Part shown: positions 33,515 to 43,502 of the stretch, piece after piece
Position numbering within the stretch: the first letter of the stretch is position 1
How the letters are laid out: the number at the start of each line of letters is the position of its first letter
Source of the DNA: an uncultured Nannocystaceae bacterium
GTDB taxonomy: Bacteria > Myxococcota_A > Bradymonadia > UBA7976 > UBA1532
Assembly: GCA_964402225.1 (NCBI GenBank)
Contig: CAYOBQ010000017.1
Coordinates: 10,349 to 74,348, forward strand
DNA length: 64,000 nt
Direction: 5' to 3'
Notes under the pieces: model-generated
The model's input: the letters and a program-made list of their open reading frames with translations, nothing else
The model's database searches: none
What the model was told of the DNA's origin: nothing
Made by a program: the position numbers and the translations under genes

Positions 33515-36500
33515 TCAGTCGTCGTACTCACTGTCCTGGCGGTGTTGTGGCTTCGGCATCTCACAGCGCTCCGGCTCCCCGAACCCGCAGCCGCCTCCGA
33601 TGTACGGGGGGGTCTCGAAGTCGGGCTCGACGCGAACGGGATCGAAGCCCGGCCCGTCCTCTGGATAGGTCACCCCGTCCACGCCCACGACCTCCACCAC
33701 CGCGGAGTCCTGGTCCTTCTCGTGCTGGCCGGCGCCCACCGTCAGCGTGACGCGAAACCGCCCCGGCCGGCGGAAGTGGAATCGGGTGACCTCACCGTAG
33801 CGGTCGGCCTCGTCGTCCGACTCGGGGCGGCAGTCCGCGTCGATCTCTCGGCCCGACTCCCAGGCGGCGTCGAGGTCCCACGAGTAGTCCAGGACCCGCT
33901 TCGGCTCGGCGGCCCAGATGCTCGACCCCGTGCCGCGACAGGTCACCGTCTCGCCGACGCCCACGCGGGCCGGCGTGCAAGCGGCGTCGGCCACCGGCTC
34001 GTAGAAGCGGTGGAGGACCTGGGGCCAACTCGTGAGGTCGGCGAGGTCGAAGAGCGGCGCGTTGGGGCGCGGCTGGTCCGGGTCCTCCCGACCACATCGG
34101 AACGGGTCGAGGTCGGGCCCGTACTTCACCGACGGCGAGCCGGCGGCGAGACCCCGCGCGAACGCGCCGCTCGCCGGCTCGTCAAAGGTGTCCTCGTTCT
34201 TCGCGCGGGGCTTCTCGGGGGCCTCGAAGGCGTCGCCCTGGGCCGACGGGAAGTAGATGCTCAGCCCGGTGCCCTTCGCGAATACGCCTCCCTTCACCGC
34301 CAGGACGACGGCCTGGTCCACGGCCCGGCGGATCCGCCGGAAGGCCTCCCGCGTCGCGTGGGGGAAGCGCGCGTCGGCGCCCGCCCGGGTCGCCAGGTCT
34401 CCCAGGTCGACGTAGTCGGCGCCCGAGGTGCAGCAGCTCCGCTGGTAGTGCTGGGCGCCCTGCATCGCCTCGCCGAGGGCGGTCTGTTGGTTGTCGCGCG
34501 CGTCCCCGTCGGGGGCGCGGTAGCCGTCACCGTGGTCATCGAGGCCGCCGTACTCCGTCGCGTTTCGAGTGGTCTCGCGCGCCCCGAGGGCGACCCCGAG
34601 CGCATCGATCCGGTCGCCCATGAGCTGGGTCTTGGCGCCCAGGCGGACCGCCGTGAGCGTCCACTGACCAGCGCTGGAGTCGGCGAGCCGGTCGAAGATC
34701 GCGTGCTCCATTTGGAAGCTCCCCAGGAGGCGCTGCGCGGCCTCCTCCGAGGTTTGCCCGCGCTGGAACGCGGCGTGGAGGAGCGCGACCTCCTCGTCCC
34801 AGGTCGAGAGGACCGCCGGGGAGCCGACCATCACGTCGGCCAGGTCGCGGAGTTGGTAGGCGTACTCGATGGCCCCCGTCAGGCACGCGCTCAGGTACAC
34901 GAGGCCGAAGCGATCGCCATCCAGCGCGCGGTCGAGGTGCGTCCCCAGCTCGCCGATCTGGATGACGTCGTCAGCGTCGTCGTCGCTGGCGATGCCCTTC
35001 CACTGGTCCCCGTGCCCCCAGACGACGAGGGCGTAGTTCTCAGCCGGGAAGCGCGCGCGACCCCACCGCACGAAGTCCTCCAGGGTCTGACCCGAGCCCG
35101 TGCTCAGCTCCCCCAGGTTGTTCTGGGCCGCGCGCTCGCCGGGCCCCGCGTAGAGGTGCACGCGCCCGGTCGTCCTGTCGCCTCGAAGCTCACCGCGGAA
35201 GGCGTGCCCCAGGCTCCCGGCCTCGCTCACATCGCGGACCGGGTCGAAGGCGACGGCCTGGCGCCCGGAGTCGAGGAGCACGACGACCCGCGACGTGCCT
35301 CGACCCACGGCCAGCATTCGCTCGGTCGTGTCCAGCAGGCGGTTGGCGGCGTCCTCCAGGTTGTTGTCCGCCGCCACGTAGACGAGGGTCGTCCAGGCGC
35401 TTCGCGTGACCTGAGCGTCGCCATCGTGCAGGACGATCTGCGCCACCGTCGGCGCGTCGGCGCCCCACTTCGAGCCGTCCCAGTGGAGCTCCAGATCCGC
35501 GCCCGAGTCGGTGTCTTCCTCGTCGGGGCCCCGGCTGACGGACTGCCCCGGGCGCACCGCCGTCGGCCGCCCCGTCTCGCCCCGAATCCGCAGGGTCGGG
35601 ACGAAGTCGCCGGGGCTCCAGATCCCCGCCGCCAGCGCGGCGTCGTAGGCGCCCGTGCCGCCCAGCGGGGGGAAGCCGTCCTCGGGGTGGGACCAGGCGA
35701 TGAAGTCCGTGACCTCTCCACCGCGGTAGAGTCCCAGGCCGTCGATGACGGGGTCCATCGCGATGGCAGGGCCCACGTAGACGGTGGCGACGCCGTCGCG
35801 CCCGTCGAGGTCGTCGGTACCGACGCCGAGCTCCACCACCAGACGCCCGCCCGGCGGCAGGATCACGGCGGGCAGCGCCACGCGGGCCGCGCCATCGAGA
35901 CCACGCAGATCCCAGCCACCGGTGTGGCCCTCGGCGCCCAGGTTGACCAGCTCGACCCACGGGGCCTCCCCGGGGTGGGGCCGGAACATGACCTCGGAGA
36001 TCAGGAGCCCCTCGGTGGCGGGGACCAGGGGCGGGCCGTCGTGGACCACGATCGTGAAGCGCTCCCAGGGACCGGTGGCCCGACGGTTCGCGTTCACCGC
36101 GCCCCCACCGCCCCCCTCGGCGACCACGAAGTGGCCATTGTCGGTGCGCAGCGCGAACGTCCCCCCGACCTCCCTCGACACAGCGAAGCGCTCCCACGGT
36201 CCCGAGGCCCGGCGAGTGGCGTTCAAGGCGCCGCCGCCGCCGCCCTCGGCGACGAGGAAGTGCCCGTCCCTCGTCTGGAGGGAGAACGTGCCGTCGGGAT
36301 ACTCCAAGAGCCCGAACATCTCCCAGGCCCCCATCGCGGCGCGGTTGGCGTTCACCGCGCCGCCGCCGCCGCCCTCGGCCACCAGGTAGGCGCCGCTCAG
36401 GCTCTGGATCGAGACCCGGCGCACGCTGACCGGTGCCTCCGTCGCCAGGTCGACCAGGGTGAAGGACTCCCACGCGCCGACGCCCCGCCGATTCGCGTTC

Positions 36501-36889
36501 AGGGCGCCGCCGCCGCCGCCCTCGGCGACGAGGTAGTGGCCGTTGCGGGTGCGCAGCGCGACGGTGCCGTTCGGGTTGTGGACGAGGGTGAAGGACTCCC
36601 ACGCGCCGGCGCCCCGCCGATTGGCGTTGGCCGCCCCGCCCCCGCCGCCTTCGGCGACAAGGTAGTGGCCGTTGGCGCTGCGCAGCGAGATCGTCCCGTC
36701 AGGGTTGTCGATGCGGGCGAAGGTCTCCCACTCGCCCAGGGCCCTTCGGTTGGCGTTGGCCGCCCCGCCCCCGCCCCCCTCCGCGGCGATGAAGAAGCCT
36801 CCGTGGCTCTCGAGGGCGATCTCGGTCTGGGCGAGGGCCGGCGAGAGCGTCAGGGCGAGGAGGCCGAGCAGCGGGGTTCGGGTTCTCAT
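33515..36889 (-). CDS. Secreted multidomain protein: two fascin-like beta-trefoils, lamin-tail domain, clostripain (C11) peptidase, PKD-like domain
   Basis: AGGAG RBS, signal peptide; 6x L.AEGGGGGA.NA.R...G.WE.F; LLISEVMF....PWVELVN; WTTLVYVAADNNLE, VWGHG, SACLTG.IEYAYQL, YVDLGDL, GLSIYFP; YSWDLD...FRRPGRFRVTLTV. Confidence 0.85.
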   Translation of the reverse strand: MRTRTPLLGLLALTLSPALAQTEIALESHGGFFIAAEGGGGGAANANRRALGEWETFARIDNPDGTISLRSANGHYLVAEGGGGGAANANRRGAGAWESFTLVHNPNGTVALRTRNGHYLVAEGGGGGALNANRRGVGAWESFTLVDLATEAPVSVRRVSIQSLSGAYLVAEGGGGGAVNANRAAMGAWEMFGLLEYPDGTFSLQTRDGHFLVAEGGGGGALNATRRASGPWERFAVSREVGGTFALRTDNGHFVVAEGGGGGAVNANRRATGPWERFTIVVHDGPPLVPATEGLLISEVMFRPHPGEAPWVELVNLGAEGHTGGWDLRGLDGAARVALPAVILPPGGRLVVELGVGTDDLDGRDGVATVYVGPAIAMDPVIDGLGLYRGGEVTDFIAWSHPEDGFPPLGGTGAYDAALAAGIWSPGDFVPTLRIRGETGRPTAVRPGQSVSRGPDEEDTDSGADLELHWDGSKWGADAPTVAQIVLHDGDAQVTRSAWTTLVYVAADNNLEDAANRLLDTTERMLAVGRGTSRVVVLLDSGRQAVAFDPVRDVSEAGSLGHAFRGELRGDRTTGRVHLYAGPGERAAQNNLGELSTGSGQTLEDFVRWGRARFPAENYALVVWGHGDQWKGIASDDDADDVIQIGELGTHLDRALDGDRFGLVYLSACLTGAIEYAYQLRDLADVMVGSPAVLSTWDEEVALLHAAFQRGQTSEEAAQRLLGSFQMEHAIFDRLADSSAGQWTLTAVRLGAKTQLMGDRIDALGVALGARETTRNATEYGGLDDHGDGYRAPDGDARDNQQTALGEAMQGAQHYQRSCCTSGADYVDLGDLATRAGADARFPHATREAFRRIRRAVDQAVVLAVKGGVFAKGTGLSIYFPSAQGDAFEAPEKPRAKNEDTFDEPASGAFARGLAAGSPSVKYGPDLDPFRCGREDPDQPRPNAPLFDLADLTSWPQVLHRFYEPVADAACTPARVGVGETVTCRGTGSSIWAAEPKRVLDYSWDLDAAWESGREIDADCRPESDDEADRYGEVTRFHFRRPGRFRVTLTVGAGQHEKDQDSAVVEVVGVDGVTYPEDGPGFDPVRVEPDFETPPYIGGGCGFGEPERCEMPKPQHRQDSEYDD
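36060..36820 (-). repeat. Six ~40-aa fascin-like repeats with a Gly5 core
   Basis: Repeated gccgagggcggcggcggcggc-type units encoding AEGGGGGA. Confidence 0.9.
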
Positions 36890-37032
36890 GGCGAGCTCCT
36901 GATGGTTGGACAGCCAGGAGTACGCCGGGGGAGGCCGAGCGGATCGAGGGGCCCAGCGGTCGCCGATCGCCGCGGGGGCGCGGCCCGCAAAGAAGATTGC
37001 CGGCCCATGCGCGCCCCGATAAGGTGACGTGA

Positions 37033-39864
37033 GTGGCGACCGACCCCCAGGGCTCACAGCGGCTCAACCGCCACCTCGGCCCCGTTGATGTCTATGCTAT
37101 CTGCACCGGCGCGATGTTCAGCTCGGGGTTCTTCCTACTCCCCGGCATCGCCTTTGGCATGAGCGGGAAGTGGGTGGTCCTCGCCTACGCGGTGTCCGCG
37201 CTCATCGTCGTCCCAGCCATGCTCAGCAAAGCCGAGTTGGCCAGCGCCCTCCCGAAGGCCGGGGGGACCTACTACTTCCTGGACCGATCGATGGGGCCCT
37301 TGATCGGCACGGTCGGGGGGCTCGGGACTTGGATCGCCCTTGGGCTGAAGAACACGTTCGCGCTCATCGGTCTCGGCGCATACCTCGCCCTCTTCGTCGA
37401 GGTCGACATCATGGTCGTAGCCCTCGCTGGCGCGGTGGCGTTCACCGCCATCAACATCTTCGGCGCGAAGGAGACCGCGGCGCTACAGCGTTGGCTGGTC
37501 TACATCCTCGTCGGCATCTTGCTCATCTTCGTCTTCGCCGGCTTCGTCGAGATCGCCCAGGGGGACGGCTTCGTCGAGACCACCCGGCGCCGTTTCCGTG
37601 AGGCGCCCGGCTCCGACGTCGACGGCTTCCTGGCGACGGTCGGGCTCGTCTTTGTCTCTTACGCCGGCCTCACCAAGGTCGCCGGCGTCGCGGAGGAGGT
37701 GGAGCGGCCGGATCGCAACATCCTCTTTGGCATGGTCCTCTCGCTGGGCACGGCGTTTCTGCTCTACACCCTGGGCGCCTTCGTCCTCGTCGTCGTCCTC
37801 GACCACGCCGCCCTCCCGACCGATTTGGCGCCCATCGCGAGCGCCGCCGAGCGGACGCTCGACTGGCTGCCGGGTCGCACGGGCGTCTTCTTGATCTTCC
37901 TCGCCGCCACCGCTGCCTTCGCCTCGACCGCGAACGCGGGCATCCTGGCGGCCTCCCGCTACCTGCTCGCCATGGGTCGCGACCGGCTCATCGCGGACGC
38001 GTTTCGCAAGGTCGGGCGCTTCCAGACGCCCACCCTCGCCATCCTCGCCACCGGCGGCTTCGTCGTCGTCTGCTTGCTCACCCTCGACGTCGTCAGCGTC
38101 GCCAAGCTCGCCAGCAGCTTTCAGCTCCTGATGTTCGCCCTCGTGTGCCTCGCGGTGATCGTCATGCGCGAGTCGCGGATCCAGACCTACGACCCGCCCG
38201 TTCGCTCTCCGTTCTACCCGTGGACCCAATTGGCGGGGATCTTCGTCTCGTTCTTCCTGATCATCGAGATGGGCCGGCTCGCGATCCTCTTCACGCTGGC
38301 CATCGTGGCGTTCGGAGTCGTCTGGTTCTTCCTCTACGCCCAACCGCGCGTCGCCCGGGAAGGGGCGGTCTTGCACTGGTTCGAGCGACTCGGCCGGGAC
38401 CGATCCGAGGCGCTGGAGCACGAGATCTGGTCGATCCTCAAGGAGACGGGGCTTCGCGCCGGCGACCCCTTCGCCGAGCTGATGAGCCGGACGCAGGTGG
38501 TCGAGCTCGCCGGCAGGCCGGCGTTCCCCGAGGTCGCGCGGCTGGTCGGTGAACGCCTCTCGGAGAGAATCCCCCTCGACGCGGTCGAGATCGCCGAAGA
38601 GTTCGTGCGCGGCGTTCGGACCGGCCTCGTCCCGGTGACGCACGGCATCGCCATCCCCCACTTCCGGATCCCGGGGCTCGCCCAACACGAGCTGGTCGTG
38701 GCCCGCGCGCGCTCCGGCGTGGTGGTCCACGTCGGCGAAGAGCACCCGAGCGGCGAGCACGAGGTCGAGGTCCACGCGCTCTTCTTCTTGCTCAGCCCCG
38801 AGGAGGAGCCCGGCCAGCACCTCCGCATCCTCGCCAAGCTCGCTACCCAGGCGGAGCGGCCCGACTTTCTGGACGCCTGGCGCGGGGCGCGGGACGCGGG
38901 GGACCTCCGGGCGTTGCTCACAGACCAGGAGATACGCGCCCTCGCCGAGCGGGTCGTCGTCGAGGCCGCTCCCCCACCGGAGCCGACGCCCGTACCCCAC
39001 GTGAGCCCTGGCGCCTTCCGGCGGGTGCTCGTCATCGATCCGGGCCACGGCCGCACAGACGCGCTTTGTGCACGGGTTCGGATGCTCGCCACCGCCGAGG
39101 AAGCGCACACCACGATCGCGCGCATCAGCCAAGGAGGTCGATCGACTCCGCCCGCCGAGATCTCCGGACCGGAGAGGAGCGTCATCCAGCTCGACGGCGT
39201 GCCGTGGATGGCGGTCATCCGCGAGGTCGTGGTCGGCCAGCACGATCTGGTCCTGCTCGAGGCGGGCGGCGAGGGGGTCTTCGACCTCGACAGCTTCGCC
39301 AAGCACCTCCTACGCAAGTGTCCGTGCCCCGTCTGGGTGGTCCCGTCGGCGCCGGCCCGTGCCCTTCGACGGGTGGTGGCCGCGATCGACGCGGAGGCGA
39401 GCACCGACGCGCACCGATCCCTGAACACGTTCATCCTCGACATGGCGGCGGCCCTTACGCGCGATCCGGACAGCGAGTTGCACGTGGTGTACGCGTGGCA
39501 CTTCGCTGGCGCGCAGACCCTGGCCATCCGCGGCCATCTCGACGACGAGGCCCTGCGGCACGCCGCCTGGAAGGAGCGAAGCTACTACGAGCACAAGCTC
39601 CGCGAGGTCCTTCGGGAGCATGGCGCGTCCAGCGACCGGATGAACGTCCACCTGGTCGAGGGCGAACCGATCGAGGCTCTGCCCCGCTTCACCGCCGAGC
39701 ACGAGGCCGACGTCCTGGTGATGGGGACCGTGTGCCGCACCGGCATCGCGGGGTACATCATCGGCAACACCGCCGAGGACGTCCTCTCGGAGGTGGAGTG
39801 CGCGGTGGTGGCGGTGAAGCCGGGTGGGTTCGTCACCCCCGTCGACGTTCGCCGCAAGGCGTGA
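37033..39864 (+). CDS. APC-family amino acid permease fused to a PTS EIIA domain and a tandem UspE-like module
   Basis: GAMFSSGFFLLPG, ~12 TMs, SYAGLT..AGVAEE; GIAIPH (EIIA); LLRKCPCPVWVV and MGTVCRTGI.G..IGNTAE.VL (UspE). Confidence 0.9.
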   Translation: MATDPQGSQRLNRHLGPVDVYAICTGAMFSSGFFLLPGIAFGMSGKWVVLAYAVSALIVVPAMLSKAELASALPKAGGTYYFLDRSMGPLIGTVGGLGTWIALGLKNTFALIGLGAYLALFVEVDIMVVALAGAVAFTAINIFGAKETAALQRWLVYILVGILLIFVFAGFVEIAQGDGFVETTRRRFREAPGSDVDGFLATVGLVFVSYAGLTKVAGVAEEVERPDRNILFGMVLSLGTAFLLYTLGAFVLVVVLDHAALPTDLAPIASAAERTLDWLPGRTGVFLIFLAATAAFASTANAGILAASRYLLAMGRDRLIADAFRKVGRFQTPTLAILATGGFVVVCLLTLDVVSVAKLASSFQLLMFALVCLAVIVMRESRIQTYDPPVRSPFYPWTQLAGIFVSFFLIIEMGRLAILFTLAIVAFGVVWFFLYAQPRVAREGAVLHWFERLGRDRSEALEHEIWSILKETGLRAGDPFAELMSRTQVVELAGRPAFPEVARLVGERLSERIPLDAVEIAEEFVRGVRTGLVPVTHGIAIPHFRIPGLAQHELVVARARSGVVVHVGEEHPSGEHEVEVHALFFLLSPEEEPGQHLRILAKLATQAERPDFLDAWRGARDAGDLRALLTDQEIRALAERVVVEAAPPPEPTPVPHVSPGAFRRVLVIDPGHGRTDALCARVRMLATAEEAHTTIARISQGGRSTPPAEISGPERSVIQLDGVPWMAVIREVVVGQHDLVLLEAGGEGVFDLDSFAKHLLRKCPCPVWVVPSAPARALRRVVAAIDAEASTDAHRSLNTFILDMAAALTRDPDSELHVVYAWHFAGAQTLAIRGHLDDEALRHAAWKERSYYEHKLREVLREHGASSDRMNVHLVEGEPIEALPRFTAEHEADVLVMGTVCRTGIAGYIIGNTAEDVLSEVECAVVAVKPGGFVTPVDVRRKA

Positions 39865-40212
39865 TCCGGGGCGACTCCGGGTCGCGGGACGACCTACCTC
39901 CTCGAGGGGCCTGCGCGGAAGAGGGGGAACCTCTGCATCGACGGCAACTGGTACTCGTTGGAGGCCTTCACGGACGAATGAGGAAGGTGACCTGACTTCC
40001 GGGATCGAAGGGCCATTGTACGAGTACACCACGGTGGGAACGCCAGCTTGCGCCGGTGGACCGGGGCGCGGGTTCGCCCTGGCCTTGGTCATCGTGCGCC
40101 TTCGTCTCCGCCGGGTACGGGGCGTCGGTGTCGTGTTCCACACCGAGGCGCAACCCCCCACAGTCCCACCGTCAGAGTCGGGATCTGCGGCCAATTCAGC
40201 TAGGATCAAGCC

Positions 40213-41382
40213 ATGGACTACCTGACGCCCTCGGGGCTCTTCGACGGCACCGGTCACAGCGCCCGCGAGGGCTGGGGCGTCGTGATGGAGGCCGGTCGCA
40301 TCCTCGCGGTGGGGCCCACCAGCGACGTGGCACCCCGAGGCGTCGAGCCGACGGTGCTCGAGGGCACTCTGATGCCGGGCCTCGTCGACTGTCACACGCA
40401 TCTGTGCCTCTCCGGCGGGCTCGATCCGGTCTCGGATCTGGCGCGCGAGTCGGTGACGCGCCGGACCGTGCGGGCGGTCGCGGCGCTTCGAGCGCACCTC
40501 CGCGCGGGCGTGACCACCATCCGTGATGTCGGCGGCTGCGGCGGGCTCGACCTGGAGATCGCGCGCGGCGTCGCTGACGGCTGGCTGACGGGACCGCGGG
40601 TGATGGCGGCGGGGGAGCTGGTTTGCACCACGGGGGGTCACGCGTGCTTCATCGGCGTGGAAGTCGACGGCCCCGACGCGGTGCGGAGCGCGGTGCGGCG
40701 GCAACTCAAGTCGGGGGCGGACCTGATCAAGGTGGTGGCCACGGGGGGCGTCATCACCCCCGGCGTGGAGCCCGGCGCCGCGCAGATGACCCTGGAGGAG
40801 CTCCGGGCCGCCTGCGACGAGGCCCGCAAGGCCGGTCGTCGCGTCGCCGCCCACGCCCAGGGGACGGAGGGCATCCGCAACGCGCTGCTCGCTGGCGTAG
40901 ACACCATCGAGCACGGCTTCTTCCTGGACGCCGAGACGATCGGCCTGATGGTCGCCCGCGGCGCGACGATGGTGCCGACCTTCGCCGCCGCCGACGCCAT
41001 CCTCGGGGGCGCCGCGGCGGGGGTGCCTGAGTACATGGTGGCCAAGGTGCGGCGGGTCGGTGCGGCCCACGACGACAGCTTCCGCGCGGCGCTGAAGGCC
41101 GGGGTGGAGCTCGCGTGCGGGACCGACGCCGGCACCCCGCTCAACCCCCACGGACGCATCGCTGTGGAGATCGCGGCCTTCATCGAGCGCGGCGCGTCCC
41201 CCGAGATCGCGCTCCGGGGGGCGACGGGGGGCGGCGCCGTCGCCTTGGGCCGTGACGACATCGGCCTCCTCGAGCGAGGGCGCCGCGCGGATCTGCTCTG
41301 GGTCGGAGGCGATCCGCTCGCCGACATCGCTGCGCTCTCCGAGGTGCGCGGCGTCTGGAAGGACGGCGACCGGCTCGTCTGA
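40213..41382 (+). CDS. Metal-dependent amidohydrolase (Xaa-Pro dipeptidase-like subfamily)
   Basis: PGLVDCHTH, AGVTTIRDVG, GADLIKV.ATGG, AAHA, IEHG, GTDAG, G.RADL. Confidence 0.9.
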   Translation: MDYLTPSGLFDGTGHSAREGWGVVMEAGRILAVGPTSDVAPRGVEPTVLEGTLMPGLVDCHTHLCLSGGLDPVSDLARESVTRRTVRAVAALRAHLRAGVTTIRDVGGCGGLDLEIARGVADGWLTGPRVMAAGELVCTTGGHACFIGVEVDGPDAVRSAVRRQLKSGADLIKVVATGGVITPGVEPGAAQMTLEELRAACDEARKAGRRVAAHAQGTEGIRNALLAGVDTIEHGFFLDAETIGLMVARGATMVPTFAAADAILGGAAAGVPEYMVAKVRRVGAAHDDSFRAALKAGVELACGTDAGTPLNPHGRIAVEIAAFIERGASPEIALRGATGGGAVALGRDDIGLLERGRRADLLWVGGDPLADIAALSEVRGVWKDGDRLV

Positions 41383-41390
41383 GCCCTTGA

Positions 41391-43502
41391 CTACAGCGCG
41401 CGCCCATTCTCCCAGCGGAGGTCGTGGAAGGGACGCTCCGCCTCGGCTTGTGCGGGCGTCAGGAAGCCGTGCTCTACCAGCCGACGAAAGATCTCCGCCG
41501 CTCGGGAGGGCCACCACGTGCCCCGTCTCGGCGTGTGTCCTCGACGTCGCATCGCAGCGCCGCGCCCCGGCGCCGGCTTGATCATCGCCAAGAAGACCGC
41601 CTCCTTCGGCGTCAGGTCGCGGGCGTCCTTCTGGAAGTAGTAGCCGGCCGCGGGACCCACGCCGTAGATGTTCGGCCCGAACTCGATGCAGTTCACGTAG
41701 AGCTCGAGGATTCGATTCTTGCCCAGGGCCTGGGTGACGCGCTCCGCGACGAGGGCCTCTTGGAGCTTGCGAGCGAGGGTCTTTCTCCGCGTCAGGAAGA
41801 GGTTCTTCACGAGCTGCTGGGTGACGGTGGAGCCGCCGTAGACGAAGCGCCCGCCGGAGAGGTTCAGGCGGAGGGCACGCTGGATCAGGCCGCGGTTGAT
41901 CCCGTGGCCGCGATAGAAGCCGATCTCCTCCGAGAGGAACATCGCCGCGCCCAGGTAGCGCGGGAGCTGGCGGAGGGGGACGTAGCGACCGCTCTTGGGG
42001 CCGACGAAGACCGGGCGCGTCGTGCCCTCGCGGACCTGGAGGCTGAAGGGGCGGGCGAGCCAGCCCACGTCGTCGCGACCGCGCACCTCGACCTCGGGCC
42101 ACGCATCAGGTCGCGCGTTGAGGTGGGTGACGCGGCACTGCGTCTCGAAGCGACGGATCTTCAACGCCAGATCCTTGGGGCGGTGGACGGGCCAGTCGAA
42201 GCGCACGGTCGGCGACATCGTCCCGCTCAGCGTCGCCTCCGCGTAGGCGCCCGTGAGGGCCTTGGGGAGCGCGCGCAGGGCGGCGTCGCAGGCGACGGGC
42301 TCGGTCGCGCTGCGCAGGTGGACGACGGGGTCGTCCACGAGGTCGTCCACGCGGGCGCTGAAGCGGGTTCGGGTCGGCCCGAACCGGAAGCGCCCGTCGG
42401 TGAGGGCGAGGACGCCCTCGCTCCAGCTCAGATCCGCGGTGAGCTGGGCCGCGAGCCCCCGGAGCGGGTCGTCGGCGATGGCCGCGGAGATCACCTCGAC
42501 GTCCGCGACGCGCAGATCCGCCCGCGCCAGCGCGGTGTCGCCCGTGAGCGCCGCGGAGAGCTCGACATCCGCGCGACCCCGAACCTGGAGACGCTGCGGG
42601 AGGGGGAGGTGCGCGAGGTCCAAGCCGACACCCGACAGCCACCCGCTCCCGTCGAGGGACACAGCCGCCTCCACGGTCCCGCCCAGGACCTCCGCCTTCA
42701 ACCATCCCGTGCCGTCGCCGTAGCGCGCCTCCTCCACCCGCGCGAGCAGGCCGTCGGCGTGGCGCACCTCGGCCCCGAAGCCCGCCCAGCCAGCGCGCGT
42801 CCGAGCGATCCGCCGTACCCGTGCGCCGAGGGCTCCGCGGACCAACTCGACCTCGCGGAGCTCGAGCCGGCCATCGCGCCAGACCCGCGCCTCGTGGATC
42901 CGCAGCCGCCCCACCCCGGGGAGCTCGGCGTCAACCAGATCGCCGGCCTTCCCCAGCAGGCGCACCTCCCCTTCGGTGCCGCGCACCGCCACGGTCTCCA
43001 CCTCTGGCCAAGCGGAGTCCGCCGGCTCCAGTCGCGCCTCCGCGCGTACCAGCTTCGTGCCCCGTAGCCTCGCGAGGCTCACCACCGCGAGTCCGAGGGG
43101 GCGTCCGCCCTGCTCGACCACGATACGCGCGCCGTCGATGGCGATGGGCAGATCCGGCGCGGGGGTCGCCGAGCCCCCCCCCCGCCCGCCCGTCAGCTCG
43201 ACCCGGCCGACGAGGTGGCGCATCGACACCCGCCGCGGCTGGTAACGCGGACCGACGATGATCCGCAGCACCGACACGCGGGCTTCGCCCCGCGGATGGC
43301 GGAGGGTCACCCCCCGCAGCTCGAAGGCGCGGTGCTCGGCGAGCCAGCGCGCGCGTTCCCACTCGATCTCGACCCCCCGGGCCGCGGCCTCGGATCGGAT
43401 GCGGTCGGGCGCCAGACGCTCGATGGCGCTGGGGATCAGGAGCCACGCACCGCCCAGCAGTGACCCCGCCACGAGCGCGGCGACGAGGAGGACCCTCCTC
43501 AC
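41391..43502 (-). CDS. GT51 peptidoglycan glycosyltransferase without a transpeptidase domain, with a long N-terminal extension
   Basis: SEEIGFYRGHG (motif 1 variant), GGSTVTQQLVKN, RKLQE, ILELYVN; N-terminal TM anchor. Confidence 0.88.
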   Translation of the reverse strand: MRRVLLVAALVAGSLLGGAWLLIPSAIERLAPDRIRSEAAARGVEIEWERARWLAEHRAFELRGVTLRHPRGEARVSVLRIIVGPRYQPRRVSMRHLVGRVELTGGRGGGSATPAPDLPIAIDGARIVVEQGGRPLGLAVVSLARLRGTKLVRAEARLEPADSAWPEVETVAVRGTEGEVRLLGKAGDLVDAELPGVGRLRIHEARVWRDGRLELREVELVRGALGARVRRIARTRAGWAGFGAEVRHADGLLARVEEARYGDGTGWLKAEVLGGTVEAAVSLDGSGWLSGVGLDLAHLPLPQRLQVRGRADVELSAALTGDTALARADLRVADVEVISAAIADDPLRGLAAQLTADLSWSEGVLALTDGRFRFGPTRTRFSARVDDLVDDPVVHLRSATEPVACDAALRALPKALTGAYAEATLSGTMSPTVRFDWPVHRPKDLALKIRRFETQCRVTHLNARPDAWPEVEVRGRDDVGWLARPFSLQVREGTTRPVFVGPKSGRYVPLRQLPRYLGAAMFLSEEIGFYRGHGINRGLIQRALRLNLSGGRFVYGGSTVTQQLVKNLFLTRRKTLARKLQEALVAERVTQALGKNRILELYVNCIEFGPNIYGVGPAAGYYFQKDARDLTPKEAVFLAMIKPAPGRGAAMRRRGHTPRRGTWWPSRAAEIFRRLVEHGFLTPAQAEAERPFHDLRWENGRAL

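Noticed and set aside
36060-36820. Regularly spaced G/C-rich repeats resembling a CRISPR array
   Set aside because: The units are degenerate at wobble positions and encode in-frame fascin repeats.
39865-39980. In-frame protein-like continuation after the permease TGA (possible readthrough or Sec)
   Set aside because: The UspE domain ends naturally before the stop, there is no recognisable SECIS, and the 38-codon extension has no known motif.
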